Shown here piece by piece: positions 12,310-26,122 of a stretch of DNA of 64,000 nt. Location of the stretch: contig OZ316893.1 in the NCBI GenBank assembly GCA_973895155.1, positions 6,968,963 through 7,032,962 of the forward strand, read 5' to 3'. The notes under the pieces were generated by a model. The model had not been told where the DNA came from and made no database searches. It saw only the letters and a list, made by a program, of their open reading frames with translations. Numbering within the stretch: the stretch's first letter is position 1; every line of letters starts with the position of its first letter. The stretch is from Marsupella aquatica. Taxonomy: Eukaryota > Plantae > Marchantiophyta. The translations under genes were made by a program, and so were the position numbers.

Positions 12310-14700
12310 TTCAAGTTTTCTGCTGATGTAATTGGGTCGTAGGTCCTTCGTCCCAGGCAAGTGGATAGGCATATTACAGCCGCTTCCAGTTCAGCTCCTT
12401 TCCAGAGAATTTTCCATTCAACTTCTGGAACCGTTCAGCATAACAGATCCACTTGCATATCCGTTTGTTTTTAGATTGTCCAAGCCGTTTACTGAATTGG
12501 ACCAGCTCTGCATCTGGAGTTTGGCATCACCTTACTTCTCCCAGATTTTGATGCCAGCACGGCTACTGAGTAGCAGATCCCGCAATACTGGAATGACCCT
12601 TGTCCGCACCGCCTTGTGTGACCTCGAATGACCATTGTACCTGTCCTGCTTGCTAAAATTCTAAATTGGTCCACATGTCACAATGTCCAAAATTTATAAT
12701 TTTAGCAAATAGGATAGGTTGTTTCCCCCAGATCCATGCAAGCTTAGAATCGTCTCCTACGCCCCAATTTGGGAATCAAATAAATTCAAGGATTCAGAAT
12801 GAGAGATGAATTTGACTGAGTTTGACCCAGACAAGTTCTTGATACGAGTAAAGATTTGAAAATCCAAAGTCTTGGAGCCTAATTAATCGACTGCTTGCAG
12901 TTCAAACCTTGACGATAGTCTTGTTTCTTCCTTTTCGTTTTCCTTCCCTTTGAAGATAATCCAGAACGAAGAAACCATGGCACTCCGTTTGGGACTCACC
13001 ATCCTGAATGATTTAATTCCAGTAATGTGAAGAGCACGAAGCCGTAAATTTATGCCAAGCATAACTAAACCAGTTGTCTTTGAACATCTAAAGTCAGAAC
13101 GCATCATTCTTGAAGTAGGCTCACTTTGACGTAAATTTTCTGAAGAATTTTCAGAAGAAAATCCTTGTCGAACAAGGAAATCTTCCCTGAAGTGCTACAC
13201 TCAGTCCACGCTTACTCTTCTTCTTACTCCATTTTTCCTGACTGCTTCTAGTGAATTCTGTATGTCCGCAAACCGTGAATATTTGCTATGCTTATAAGGA
13301 TGAAAATAACCAGCATACAGACGGTCACACATTTATCAGAATAATTTCAAGTACTTCAACTCAAAAGCATTCATTCAAGAATTTTAAAGATTCAAATGTT
13401 TCCTGATCCTGATTCTGGTGGTGTTTCCACAGTATAGACTTTGTATCAACAAGATGTGCACCATTCTAGTTGGCGAAGTTTTTCAGGGATCTAGCAGGTA
13501 GCCTAAAGTCCAATATTCTTGCAGCAGGCAATATTCTTGCAGCAACCAGTAGGGTTTGTAACTTCCAGCCTTCCACCCATCTCGACCCAGGTTAGACTGA
13601 TACCATAATCTCTGTATGAGCCTTCCGTAAACAGTAAGCTTAATCTCATGATCGTCAAAATACGTTCCGTCAAAGTGGACACTGCAGGAATAAATCGATT
13701 ATTCTGCAATTCATCCTACAGGGCCAATGGAGGCAAGGCCAAGGATGTTAAACGTTTTCTCATAGACTGTTTCTGAGGGTTTCGGACTTGCGCACAAAAT
13801 TCTACAGCCAGAAATGCTGTAGAAGGCTTACTTCCTTTATGAGGTCGGCTTTTTTATCATCAGGTCCCTTTAGATTAGGTCAGGTGTACAGGAACTCCTA
13901 TCTATCCTGCTACACTGCTACAGAGCTTTCACTTGGTCATTATAATTGGTGTTAAAGTGCTACAACTGTCAGAAGTCCTTTCCGAAAGGCTTCTTACCTT
14001 CTCCTTAAGTGGCTGTCTCCCTATCACCATGTTTCCTCTACAATAGACGGCAGGAGAATTGGGATCGCAGTAATCCCTCCAGGGTTGACTTCTAATTTAA
14101 GACGCCCACTTGGTATACTGTTCAGCATAGCGCAATATACTTGCCAGTGGACACCATTTTATGTTTCTCTGACAGTCTTCTGGAAAAGTTCACTTTACGC
14201 TGAGGCAAGCTTAGACATGACCGTATCAACTGTCACGTTTGTGGGGAAACGAGCAACCATTACACCACCGGAGAGAAAGAATCAATGTACAGTGGCTAAA
14301 TTTCATGAGTAAACAAGCATGTAGGCAGCCAGATCGATCTGCATGGTTAAAATCCTATGAATGACTCAAGGACCCCCGTACCCAATATTTAGCTAGAATC
14401 TTGGCAGTAACGAAATGAAACTAATTGTGTACATCATATTTTCCGCTACTCCAAAGATTGAGAATAGATGTCATGCTAGTCCACCTTGACATGCAATTGT
14501 CACATGGCCTTGGAGTCAGGGCTCTTCTTCGTGTAGAGAAGTGGATGAGAAACCAAGGCCAGAAAAATTGTCCCTTCAATCTGATCATGGCACTGACAGA
14601 AATGATTGGGCAGCTAAAATACTTTGTAGAAAGCAGTTTAGGAGAAGTGGTACACCTTTCAGTATGAGGGGTTGTACAGCATTGCAATAGTGTACAGCAC
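12310..14700 (-). pseudogene. possible degenerate protein-coding relic of unknown family
   Basis: Minus-strand frames give protein-like pieces broken by stops and frameshifts, e.g. SCSVHFDGTYFDDHEIKLTVYGRLIQRLWYQSNLGRDGWKAGSYKPYWLLQEY and MFKDNWFSYAWHKFTASCSSHYWN. Family not recognised. Confidence 0.3.
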
Positions 14701-15174
14701 AGCTTCGCTAAGGCATGCCTCTCCGAAGTTTCAGTGTGAGCTTTTTATCTGGAAGAGTTAGTGACTAACTAGTCACAAAGATGAGTTTATAGCCATTCAA
14801 ACAACTCTAGGTTTACACGATAGGATACTAACCATGCAGCAATTAGAAGCCACTCGCAATCGATGATGCTCGTCGTCGCACGCAACAGAACATCCTCGTT
14901 CCCTTAACAAAAGAACAAATTTATTGAAAAAGGGCAAACAAAGTAAACTTTACAAACAAAACTTAAGAAAACTTCATCATATCAAGTACGGAAGCGAAAA
15001 ATGAACCAGCAAGATTTGTATTCGGCCTCGAAACTACAACATGCTTCTCCACAGATGTAGCCCAGCAGCATACAGTATGTCGTAAATGTCCAACTGAGCA
15101 TGCCAAAGACAAAAGACTAGCACAGTTTCACCAGTAACTTTACCAAACCCTGCATCATGAAATTCGTCTCGGAG

Positions 15175-15328
15175 GTGATTTACGAATACACCACTCAAGA
15201 ATTTTATTGAAAATTGTTGCGGGACATATCAACCGCAATTACTGGATCCCAGTGATTTACGAATACACCACTCAAGAATTTTATTGAAAATTGTTGCAGG
15301 ACATATCAACCGCAATTACTGGATCCCA
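15175..15328 (+). repeat. 77-bp tandem duplication downstream of the GDSL stop codon
   Basis: gtgatttacgaatacaccactcaagaat...ttactggatccca occurs twice with one mismatch. Confidence 0.93.
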
Positions 15329-15571
15329 AAGTTAACTAAAGGTCATACTAGATCACAGCCCTCAACCTGAGACTCGTGTGTTAATTTCTCTGATTCGATC
15401 TACCTTCTTGGTTGTGAGCCTTTGCTAGCGATGCAGGTTAAAAGCGTTGCCCAATGAGTCTTCCAAATTCAAGATAAAGGGATGTGTGATTTTTTCATAT
15501 CCTAATGAATGATCACTTGTGGACGAATTCTTCAAAATTCCATCCGCAAATAAAATACTTCCCATATCTAT

Positions 15572-15798
15572 TTAGGCGGCAGCCAACTGTCGAAGATTGA
15601 CTGGATAGATAACTGATGTGTCACCACTCCAGAGGGAGTCGGCAATTATGTGATAGGCCCTCTCTGTTAGGTGGGTGAAGTCCCAGTATGCGTACTGTTC
15701 CACATTTTTGCAAAGAGTGTAGTTCCCCACGCCGCATTGAGGAATTCCTCCGTCGTACAAGCCACTTCCACAACAAGCGGTGTTTCCTGATGTAAATC
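15572..15798 (-). CDS. GDSL lipase exon 5 (catalytic DxxH)
   Basis: Acceptor ttacag; FTSGNTACCGSG...YWDFTHLTE...YPVNLRQLAAA*. Confidence 0.93.
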
Positions 15799-18700
15799 CT
15801 GTAAAACACACAAATTGTTACACGTCCGTTGTCCTAGTGAAAGACATCAGATGCGCGCGTCCAAGTGCACATAACGTTTGATACCTTCGTGCGAATTCAG
15901 TGCTCATAGCATGCAACTCAAAAGATTGGGTCATTCATTTGGTTTTTGCGAGGCAAAAAAGAAGAAGATTGGGTCGAGCTTGTATATGTGGTTGATAACA
16001 ACTTACATTTACCTGGGGACTCTATGATCATACAAATCTGAAATCATGAAGTTGAATGATGAAAAAAGATTGGTTCGCCTACATAAATGATGTACAGACG
16101 GCCCGACGCATCTTTTAGAAATGAAATGGTTTGAGTGGATACCTAGGACAGTGCCGTTTTCAGTTATTGTGTAGGCAAGTTGGTACGTTGTCCCCAAGAC
16201 GATGCTCTTTGTCTTCAACTTCGCGTTCATAGCCTTCACGTAAGTCAACAAGCTAGCGTCCACTTGTCGGGAAATGTTATTCAGGATTTCCAAACATGCG
16301 CCTTTTGACCCTATTGAAGCTAACGCCCGAGGTACACACCCAATGGGTCCCATGCCCCCGATGAATATTTTCTGTGCTCCGGTATCGATGACGGTCTGCA
16401 CCCGTAAAAGACAATGTATATAGTAATGTCCCGTTTATATGGGATACAATGCCCCCAGGAAAGAGAGTTCAGCTCGAGTTTAGAGGGGCTACTATTGCCC
16501 ATAGTGCTTTGGAAGCAGGTCTTTATAGACTTAAATTCATAATAGATTTTGACTTTTACTAATTTTAGTGCAAGCAGAGGAGGGTCCTCCTAAAGTGATC
16601 GAATACTTGACCGAATGCGAAAAATCGAAAGAGAGAAATCAGGAAGGGCATTAGAATTAATAGATATATCGATACTTGTAGTCCCCATAGCGGGCCTCAT
16701 AGGAGCGAGATGGCCAGATCTTCACGAATCTGACAGCGCAGGTACAGGTGTGCAGTCCCGTGTGCAGTACTTCATGAACGTCGTCATGAATGTGGAAAGG
16801 ATATCACTGCATTGCAATTTCGGAGGCAAATCTGTGGAAATGAACTCGCACTTCTTGCCCTGTCGGACTACCGAAACTGTTGTTGTTAGGCTAAACGTTG
16901 TGAACTTTTCATGTACAGGCATGATGGCATGGAGTTCTCAATGACGAATCAGGAACGGAATGGGACGCTGCACCGATCAAACTACTGAGCTACCTTACGA
17001 ATTGGAATGAACTCCCACGATGTTGTCTTCAGCAGTGATGCCCTAGAAGGGCTGTTCCCTTGAATCGGAGCAAGATAGCGACACAACAACAGTGGATAAG
17101 TTGCGTCATACAACTCGAACAAGAAATATTAATTTGGAGAATGGTACGTTCAAGTCGAGAAATGAATGGAAAACGACAAGCAGGCCTAGTACTCTCGGTA
17201 CTTCTGTGTAAACCTCCCAGAATTTGTACCTGGATATCTGTTTGGAGTTTGGAGACGAGCAACGAAACATATTGTTCAACCGAGTATTGCGCTTGTAGGG
17301 TTGTGTTCGAGACGTACTCCGAGACATCATTGTTGCCCGTAACGAAAACGTAGAGTGATTCCTCTAAGATTTTAGAAGTCTCATCATGTCCAAGACTATT
17401 TTGGAGTTCTGCGATAACTTTCAAGTAACTTTTCACCTGAACTGACAAATTGATCACACCCTGCAAGGAATATGACCACCGGCACCCGCGTTAAGGACTA
17501 AGGTTGAGAGGAACTTCAGCAATTGATGTAACATTACAGCGATCTCAGTACTTGGTGTTTTGTAGATCGTGATTGTAACATGATCAAAAAGCAACTGTCG
17601 CCTATCGACACAAATCCCAGTGTGAGCACCACCTAAGTTAGCACAGTGCTTACAAGGAATGCCATCACTTGGTTTAACTGAGAACCGAATATAAATTACC
17701 TCCCATAAAAATGTGCTGTCCAAAATTCCGCTTCCTGCTGATGCAAAATTGACGCCTTTTTTGAATCTAGTAGGATCATCCGAGTCGGGCATGAGGTATG
17801 GCTTAGGAAACGGCAGCGAGAGATACTCCGCTGCAAGACCATCAAAACAACATCCAATTCAGTGCATGAATACTCGAAAATTGTAGTCGATGCGCGTTAA
17901 ACATTCGCACCATCGATTTACAGGTGATAAATAAAGAGGCTAAGAACAACGTCCCATTTTCGTTGCTCATCATGGAAAATGAGCAACGAAAATCGCGCGC
18001 GACAGCCATCACTAAGTCCCCCATCTCGCGCGACAGCCATCACTAAGTCCAACTGCCGTCCTCCAAATCGTGCACGAGGTGGTGAGTCCATCACCTAATT
18101 AATAGAATAATAGCACCATGATAGCAAGCCCTTGGTATTTCAGGATCACGCTGACTTAATTAGATATAGATCTGAGTACAGAGATCCCAAAATAGACAAC
18201 ATTGCAGTTTCTTAGGCAAATTAGGAAATGGAGCGAAGTGGATATCCTTGTCCCTCCTTCAGTTCCCCTGCATAGTTGAGAATCTGATTTCGGAAAGTAA
18301 AACGTCTAATTCCATAATTGAAATCATTTTAAATCTGTGTAAAACGTAATCCTAAAAATACCTGTACCTAGTGGGAGAACAGGCAGTGAGCAGTTGGGGG
18401 AATAGACCAAGCTCTTGAATTGTTAACTAAAATCGAAATCCGACCCGCCAGCAGGCTTTGAGTCCGTCAGTTCTTAACTAGTAGACTAAGCACTGTTGCT
18501 ACCCAAGGATATTAAAGTCAGCTAGTCCAGATGCGCATGACTCCAATAGATGTATATCTCCGACACAGTTTGTTAGGACTGGAACACATCCACCCTTGCC
18601 TTTCTATCACGCACCGTTTTAGTTCGCTTCATAGGTCTTGCCACACGGACTTGCCAATCACATCCTTGAAAACTCTGTAGTTTCGGAACGGAGCTCATGA

Positions 18701-18985
18701 CTCACCTATGAAGTCGAAAATGAGCCGGCCATTGCACCATCGCCCAGTGGGTTTGTGAAAGTATGTCTCTCCATATGGAACAAAATTGGCTACTGGAAGG
18801 AGTGGGAACCCTTTGATATAATTGTTGTTGCCCGCGTCTACAACAGAATCCCCGAATATGAACAAGGCAGGAACTTCACATTCCCACTCTTCCAGAGAAC
18901 GACTCTCGACAGCTACTCTAAGATGCAGAAGGCCGAACAGGAGCAAAACGGCTGGCAGAGAACTACCCAATCTCATCATCTTCAT
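15572..18985 (-). CDS. GDSL esterase/lipase (SGNH hydrolase), secreted; 5 exons: 18706-18985, 17700-17830, 17230-17460, 16143-16395, 15572-15798 (373 aa)
   Basis: Hydrophobic signal peptide; FIFGDSVVDAGNN (block I), GRWCNGR (block II), GVNFASAGSG, TGNND (block III), CCGSG and WDFTHLTE (block V, DxxH). All four introns are GT-AG and the exon lengths sum to 1122 nt in frame, the classic plant GELP 5-exon layout. Confidence 0.95.
16143..16395 (-). CDS. GDSL lipase exon 4
   Basis: Acceptor gtgcag; TVIDTGAQKIFIGGMGPIGCVP...ENGTVLG; donor GTATCC. Confidence 0.92.
17230..17460 (-). CDS. GDSL lipase exon 3
   Basis: Acceptor ttgcag; GVINLSVQV...TGNND...LQTDIQ; donor GTACAA. Confidence 0.92.
17700..17830 (-). 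CDS. GDSL lipase exon 2
   Basis: Acceptor ttgcag; AEYLSLPFPKPYL...GVNFASAGSGILDSTFLWE; donor GTAATT. Confidence 0.92.
18706..18985 (-). CDS. GDSL lipase exon 1 (signal peptide, GDS motif)
   Basis: MKMMRLGSS...FIFGDSVVDAGNNNY...RLIFDFI; donor G/GTGAGT. Confidence 0.93.
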
Positions 18986-20854
18986 TGCTGCACACCACAG
19001 ATGATTGTTCACGCAGAATTTATCCTCGCCTTATATGTAATCTCAATCCGCCTAGCATATCAATTCTACCCCGTCCCTCGATCTAAATGTGGAAGTTCAC
19101 CCTCCCGCAGACGAGAATTTAGCTCTTCTGAGGATACCTCAGCTCAGTGCCTCTGAGAGTACCAATGTCTGGAAGAAAGCGATTTACCCAGAGACCGTCT
19201 CGTGCAAAAGTCAACAACGCGTACGTTCAAGCTAGGCTTCTAGATTTGAAAGTGGCTTCCTATCATGGCGACTTTTCAATGACGTGCCCGGAACAAGTAG
19301 CTCGTCCCCACGTAGGGGACGGGGTAGGGGATCCCTTTCCTTGGCCAAATTAATCCTGTCTAGTGGTGCAAGCTACTGTACTGCGTGAACGCTATTTTAT
19401 TCACTCGTCAATAAGTGAACCGAAAATCCTGGGCGGGATTTTGGGTCATTCACGAAGAGATCCTTCTGGTCCCACCGGTTCCTCCACGCCCACCATGAAG
19501 TGCTCCCAGAGTCCCAGCTCAGGAGGTGAGGCTACACTGCAGAATTGACCGACAGAACTGAAAGTCTGCCATGGACACACTGTGAGGTACCCGCCGGTGT
19601 CGCTCCCGCTGCTGCAGTTTAGCTGCCTTGTCTTTGGTCAGTTCTCTCCTGGTCCCGACCTCACCGGTTTTCTTGGCACCACGACCTTCGGTTCATCCAG
19701 GTACGTCTTGTGTTCTACTGTAGCTTTTCTATAAGAATCTCAAATGAATTTTCCGAGAGCTGAGATTTTTCGATTTTTATTTTTATGGGCAGCAGACAGC
19801 AACAGGTGAAGGACTGAAGGTGATTACAGTAAACATACTGAGTGAGTGGAAGGGTAAGGAACCTCTTAACTAAGCCCAATGAGTAATCTGCCACAATTGA
19901 AAAGTAGCCGGTCATTAAGGAATGAGGCTCAGCGGGACTCTCCAGGTAATCCGGTGATTGCAGGATTCGGGCGAAAGCCGAAGGAACCGGTTGGCGATGT
20001 GTCTCAAATCTTCATAATTGTAGATGACTTCACAGTTGTAGAGGTGGCTTTTGGCCATACACAAATGATCATAACTTATTTGCCACAAGGCTGTATAAAA
20101 GTTTTTTTTTGTTCACTAGCCACTACAGTGACTAATGGTCAGGGCAATTGACCAATCTTTATGGCAAAAAGGGGGATTATGAATTTTGTCATCCACAACT
20201 GTTTATGAAAGTAACCTTTTGAGATTTCGAGACAACAGCTATCACGCTGCCGCTCATTCGGGGGAATGGGGGTGAGTTGGACTCTGCAAGTGCGTAGCAA
20301 TGAAACATTGAATTGTCCTGACTGCCTGATTGATGCCAACGCCGCTTTGGCATATGCCATCAATCATACAATCTGCTTTTGCCTTTGAAAGCTGTAACCA
20401 AGACCGTTAAAGTATGTGGAGACCTTGGGGCCTTGGGAGTTGGGGGGAATGCCTCTACTCGTCGTTTATGATAACTTCCTGTATGTCCCTTCCGCTGTGA
20501 AGGCTTTGGCGTCGTTAGTTTGACATTGTTCCTGGTTGACTGTTTGACTTCGAAATTTTGTGATTTTGTGACGTTCGCGCAAGTTCCTTCTTGGTTCGTT
20601 TTCGGTTAAATTTTCAATCTACTGCGACTCCTGGGCCTTTCCCACCTTGTGCTTTTTCTGGAAGTGCAATTTCACTCTTGACAAAGGTATCTTGAACTGG
20701 GCACCTTCACAACAGCATAACAGAGTTCAACTTAGGCGCATGAACTTTCGTTAGATGATTCAATTTGCCAAATATAGTCGTTAGACTATCTTTGTATATT
20801 AACATACGCTATCAATATTTTGAGTTTCGATTTGAGCATCACTGCCCAAATCCT

Positions 20855-21420
20855 CTTTTTTTTTTACTCGACAGAACCAAATGAATTCCATTCAAATAAC
20901 CAACATACAAAAAGGTGGGCCCAAAATAGGACACCAGCCCAGGGGACCCAGGGTCGACGTGCTAAGACGGGAGAGGCCGGAACCAGGGAAGAAGCTGAGT
21001 CCTCCAAAGGGGACAACTACTGTAGGCAGGGATTACAGACTACAGCAAGAGCAACAAACTCCTAAAGACCTGCCAGTGATCAGGTTCCGGCAGGGTTCCT
21101 ATCACTGGGTCCGTAACATAGGGCCGCAAAGGGTAGGACCGACTCCATGCGAGTTGGCCCTTAGACATTCAAATGTAAATCATACATTATGCCGTGACGA
21201 AACTCGGAGGGAAAGAACAATATAAAAGACAACTACAACTATGACAACTTTAGCGATAGTTCAGAAAGTTGGACCGAAAGACACCAGGAAGCTCAACAAT
21301 TCCAGAGCCCAGTCAACACAAATGTCCAGGGCAGAAGACTCGTGATTGAAGAATCAAACGTGGGCTCAATGGCTCCAGCCCGGAATTTGCGAAGCACGAG
21401 CCTAAAGTTAGGAGTTGACA
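20855..21420 (-). mobile_element. possible 3' remnant of a LINE/retroposed sequence
   Basis: A T-run at ~20856-20865 would be a minus-strand poly(A) tail, followed by UTR-like sequence. No diagnostic domain or TSD found. Confidence 0.3.
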
Positions 21421-23277
21421 ATGACTTTACATAAAAGCGAGAGGTCATATTAACAAGAAATCTCACCAGTTTACATGGCCCGAGAGTTACTTACTACATG
21501 GGAACCTTTTTTCCCTACATTACTAACTTGCCAATTTGTTAGTTAATTAGTATATCAACACGGTTTTGGGGATAATTAACCATTTACAGTTTAACCTGAG
21601 ATGATCCAATGGCCGAGTTTGATCTGACTGATAGAATTGATCTCAGACTAACTCGTCCCGTATTTGGGTTCAATCTCATGCATTCTTGTCCACTGAAAAT
21701 CAAGCTTGTTGACCACTGTCTGCATTGGTAGCAACTCAGGATTGTTATGGATTAGCATCAGTTGGAGCAGGTCAGGGAGGAGATGGACCACGAGAAATAG
21801 CAATAGCAATCACATGTTTGCAATTCATGTAGAAAGTTAACAAATCCCTTAGCAGTCCAAGGAAATACTAAATACCAAATTAGACCAATTTAATGAAAAA
21901 CAAAGCAACGGCAGACCACAATACCTTAGCAAAAGCTTGTCGTACACCACTAGTACATTTGGACCCCATTTTCCAACTCTCTCCCCATTGTACGCCTTCG
22001 CAAAATATCGGCAGGAAAAACCACCGATCCGATCCTCACAACATCGTAATTTGCCTTGGCTACTGCATCGGATAACAACAATCGGATACTTATTGGAAAC
22101 TCAAATTCTGAGAGAGACGGAACCTTCCATTTTCTGCCCATCAAAATTATGCCATCCAATTATGCCCTCATCGGATGGGCTTGGCAAGGGTTTAAACGAG
22201 AGAACCCTTATTTAATTCAGATCCAATGTTCTCTCTCTCTCGAAAGAGCCTAATATGAGCCACTAACGACTCATATGGCTGAGCCTCTGGTTATACGTCA
22301 AGACAAAAACGAACCATGATATCCTAACATAAGGATATGCTACATGATTGCAATACATATACTTATACCCTGTCACATACTGCAGGGCTGTGTTTAAATT
22401 CAGGATAACCAGCCCATGGCTCCCCGCATCCGTCTAGACATTGCTCCAGAACCATGGGACTAGAAATCATGTGTATTGCAGCACGCTCTCGATCCGGTGG
22501 CAAGGGCTGAAAGTGGATATGTGAATTTTTTCCGACATTGCTATATGGTGAACACTTTCTACCTTATTTTGTCTTATTAGAAATATGAGTTCTGAATTTT
22601 CTTTTAAATCTGGCCTAGTGTATCATTTCACTTTGTATTGGGTTGAATTTAACAAATTATCTAACCCCTTTAATTATTTCAAGTTTATGATTTTCATTTG
22701 ATTTGATATGTTTTACTGTGATAGCTTATCATGTATTTGATGAGATTGTTTTTCTGCCATTCATTCTCTATTGCACGAGATGGTCAGACTCACCAGTTTG
22801 CACCCAGTACAAACACCAGAGATGCCCTGTAGGTTATATGTCCATTGGTGAAAAACTTTCCAACCCTTATGGTTTAGAGGTTAACAGGTTTCACCTAAAT
22901 AGTGAATCTTTCAATAGGGCCTAAAAGTAGAATACAAAGCTAGAGTATAAAGCTAACATACTTCTCTGTCAAACACAAAATACTATACAGACCTCTAGGG
23001 TACATCTTACAAGTTATGTACTTGTTTTTCACCTAAAAAGTGTGGTAAAGGTGTGCATTTTTATCCTATTTATTTATTTGATTCACTGTTTTAATGCATT
23101 TGAATACTATGCTATTTGATAAATTATTTAAATTAATTGGTAGTTTACATAGGATACAATTGACATTATTGTCAATAAGTTAAAATAGTTGTGTCTTAGA
23201 ACGAACATGCTATATGAATGGATATAGTCCATTTCGTTCCTGAAAAAAGAATAAGGCCTATACTCAGTGCTATGGAC

Positions 23278-23740
23278 CCCGGGTATGCAACTCCCCTTTT
23301 ATAAGGCAGGTTTATCCAATTGACCATGTGAAGTTTCATTTTATATCCAATTGACCATGTGAAGTTTCATTTTAGTCTACTAAAATCTTGTACCTCTCAA
23401 CTCAAGGAATCCAAAGATGTAACTTTTTAAAAAATTGAACTTGTTTTCATATGGAAAAATTGATCAAAACCCAAATATATGTTTTTTTAATATAGGGGTC
23501 TACAACCAAATTAGCCAGCTTTGGGGATTTTTATTAAAATTTTAAAATATTTTAATAAAAATTACAAAAATTTTAGGAATATTTTTTAATTTTATGTGGA
23601 AAAATAAGAAAACCAAACCTTTCCTAAGACTTAGAAAAACTTTTTAAGTGGAAAACCCAAGTGAATTTTCTTATAGCCAAATTTTTAGTCTATATAAAAA
23701 TGTAGACTCCTGCCTATTATACAAGAGTCGCGTACACGGG
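23278..23740 (+). mobile_element. MITE-like element, family A
   Basis: Imperfect TIRs CCCGGGTATGCAACTC / GAGTCGCGTACACGGG around an AT-rich core containing gggtctacaaccaaattagcc. Relatives at 48338-48786, 51310-52070 and 58686-58780. Confidence 0.75.
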
Positions 23741-24012
23741 CTCTGGACACAGCAATTGAGTACTATTGTCACAAAGTAGCACCCAACACTGAAATAAATC
23801 AATTGGGTAACTATCCATCAATATGTTTTGAAAATGGAGTATTAACATGAAACAAGAGTGCTCGGGGGTTGACTATCAAAAATCTTAGGAATCACGTGCA
23901 ATCCAAAATAGTTATTTTTTGATAAAAATTAATTAAAATTTTAAATAGCGTAGGAGGCAAAAGAAGGTATTATAAACTCATGTTTATAGAATAATCCATA
24001 ATTATACATCAT

Positions 24013-24393
24013 TTGAAATTAAAACCGAGATAGACACAAACTTTTGAGAAAAAGCCCCGATGGACAAACACAACCTGGATGGACACAGATTAAACCTAAG
24101 ATTGTGCTTGTATAACAAGCTTTTCACTTTGTGCTCTAATGGTGACCTGTAAGGAGCTGTCTGACCGGGAGCATGAGGTTTTTGGTTGTTTCTTCCCATA
24201 GTCTGTCCAGGCAGGAGCAACAAAGGAGGTTAAACATACTTAATGTAATGTCTACATCTCGGTTAGCTTCTGTTTATAAGACACCTGTAATCCACTTTGG
24301 GTATCATTAGGGATTGGTGTTACAATGTCAACAGGCTATGTCCATCCATTTTGTCCCTACAAACACTTGTGTCTATCCCGACTTTAAGTTCAA
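24013..24393. mobile_element. MITE/foldback-like element with ~55-bp imperfect TIRs
   Basis: ttgaaattaaaaccgagatagacacaa...gatggaca matches the reverse complement of tgtccatc...ttgtgtctatcccgactttaagttcaa. Confidence 0.55.
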
Positions 24394-24905
24394 GTAATAT
24401 AGGTTATTAATATTGAAAATTGATAATATTCTTGGAATATTTTCTTTATAAAATAGTTTCATTTGTATTAGGTTAGGATTACACGTGGTACCCCAAAACA
24501 TACACTTATTTAATGAGTGTTGCAAATGATTAGAATGTATTAATTATGCAATAATAAAAGATGCATGCATTTTTGAGTCTCTTATGTGTGGGGATGAATT
24601 ATCATTACTTTGTATTTGTTGGATGATGAATCAATGAAACAGCCAATCAATAAGTGATAATAAGACCTGATAATTGCAGGATCAATTTTTAAGTATATTG
24701 TCACTTAATATGTTTAAATGTACCACACTAACACTGATTTTTTTGTATTTACAAAAATGCCACGGTTTCCGTATATGGTTCCCCGGGTTATCTTGGTAAA
24801 CTTGTCAATCATCCATATATTTAATCATGGCAATTTTATAAATACCCAAAAAACATTGGCAGTATTGTCAATTAAAATATCTTTAGTGGCAAAGTACTTA
24901 AAAGT

Positions 24906-24907
<2 letters not shown>

Positions 24908-24943
<36 letters not shown>
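24908..24943. repeat. (TA)n microsatellite
   Basis: Direct reading. Confidence 0.9.
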
Positions 24944-24946
<3 letters not shown>

Positions 24947-24949
24947 TAT

Positions 24950-25511
24950 CATAAATCTTTCCTTCATCTCAACATCTTTTTATCATCTTTACATCTTTTT
25001 CTTGCCTTGACATGTCTTTCTCTCATGACATATTTTTTCACCTCCACTTTTTTTTCTCACGTGTACATCGTTTTCTTTTATTGACATCTTTTTCACATTG
25101 ACATCTTTTTGTCACCTCAACTTCTTTCGTGTAATGCATGGGCATCAGGCTATAGATAATAAAACAATGGGTGTCTAAAACATACTTGAGATGTACATAA
25201 CCCTCATTTCTCAGAGAAAAGGCAGCCAAGCCATTCCGTTGCCCCAAGGGATCATGGCATTGGGGCGGCTAGAGCCAAGTAAGCTTCATGACATCTTGGG
25301 CAACACGACATCTTTGTTCTTCACAATTATTTGGGTGTGTGACACGACAACTTTTTTCTTCCTGACATCTTGGGCAACACAACATTTTTTTCTTTCCCCT
25401 ATTTCTTTCATGACATCTTTTACTTTCACAACATCTTGGGTGACACGACATCATTTTGGGCATCATTTTTCTTCACAACATCTTTTGTCCAACGCATGGG
25501 TATTGAGCTAA
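24950..25511 (+). mobile_element. two degenerate non-autonomous Helitron-like 3' remnants
   Basis: acatcttt-rich minisatellite ending in hairpin-like termini: cgtgtaatgcatgggcatcaggcta (~25152) and ccaacgcatgggtattgagCTAA|T (25511). Confidence 0.6.
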
Positions 25512-26122
25512 TCTTTACATGATGTCAAGTTTATCATACACGATTGATTCAATCTGTGATGAAAACAGTGACAATATTCTAAACACACTAATTTTGCCTC
25601 AAAAAGGTTACCAATTCGCAATGAATCTTGCCCAAAAAGGTAGCAATGGAACAATTTGCAGTTTTACATGGATTATTTTCAGTCATGGATTGGACGGGTC
25701 CCCCAAATTTTGACACTGCTATATAGCCAATTCACTTTTCAATGATTTGTCTTACTTAGAACTTTTGTCATATAGTTTTACTTTATGTGCTTTAACAAGG
25801 TGCACCACCTGTGTATCATTTAGACTTTAGATTACTTTGGAACCCCAATGAGGGTTTTTCTATCTTCCTATGCTAGAGCTCTCATTCCCCACTGCATTTA
25901 GTTCTCAACAGAGTTCATTCACCCCCTTTAACAGATTTTATGGAAGATTTGTCAATTCTAGTGAATGAGAGAGAGAATTGATAGTTTGAGGTGTGGACTT
26001 GTCTTGCTTTAAGTCCTCCTCAAACTTGTATTTCCTAAGCTTATGGTTTTTATTGTCATTAGCTAACACAAGGGTGTATCTTTTGTATCTTATTTGCACA
26101 ACTTTTGATTGATTTGAGTATT

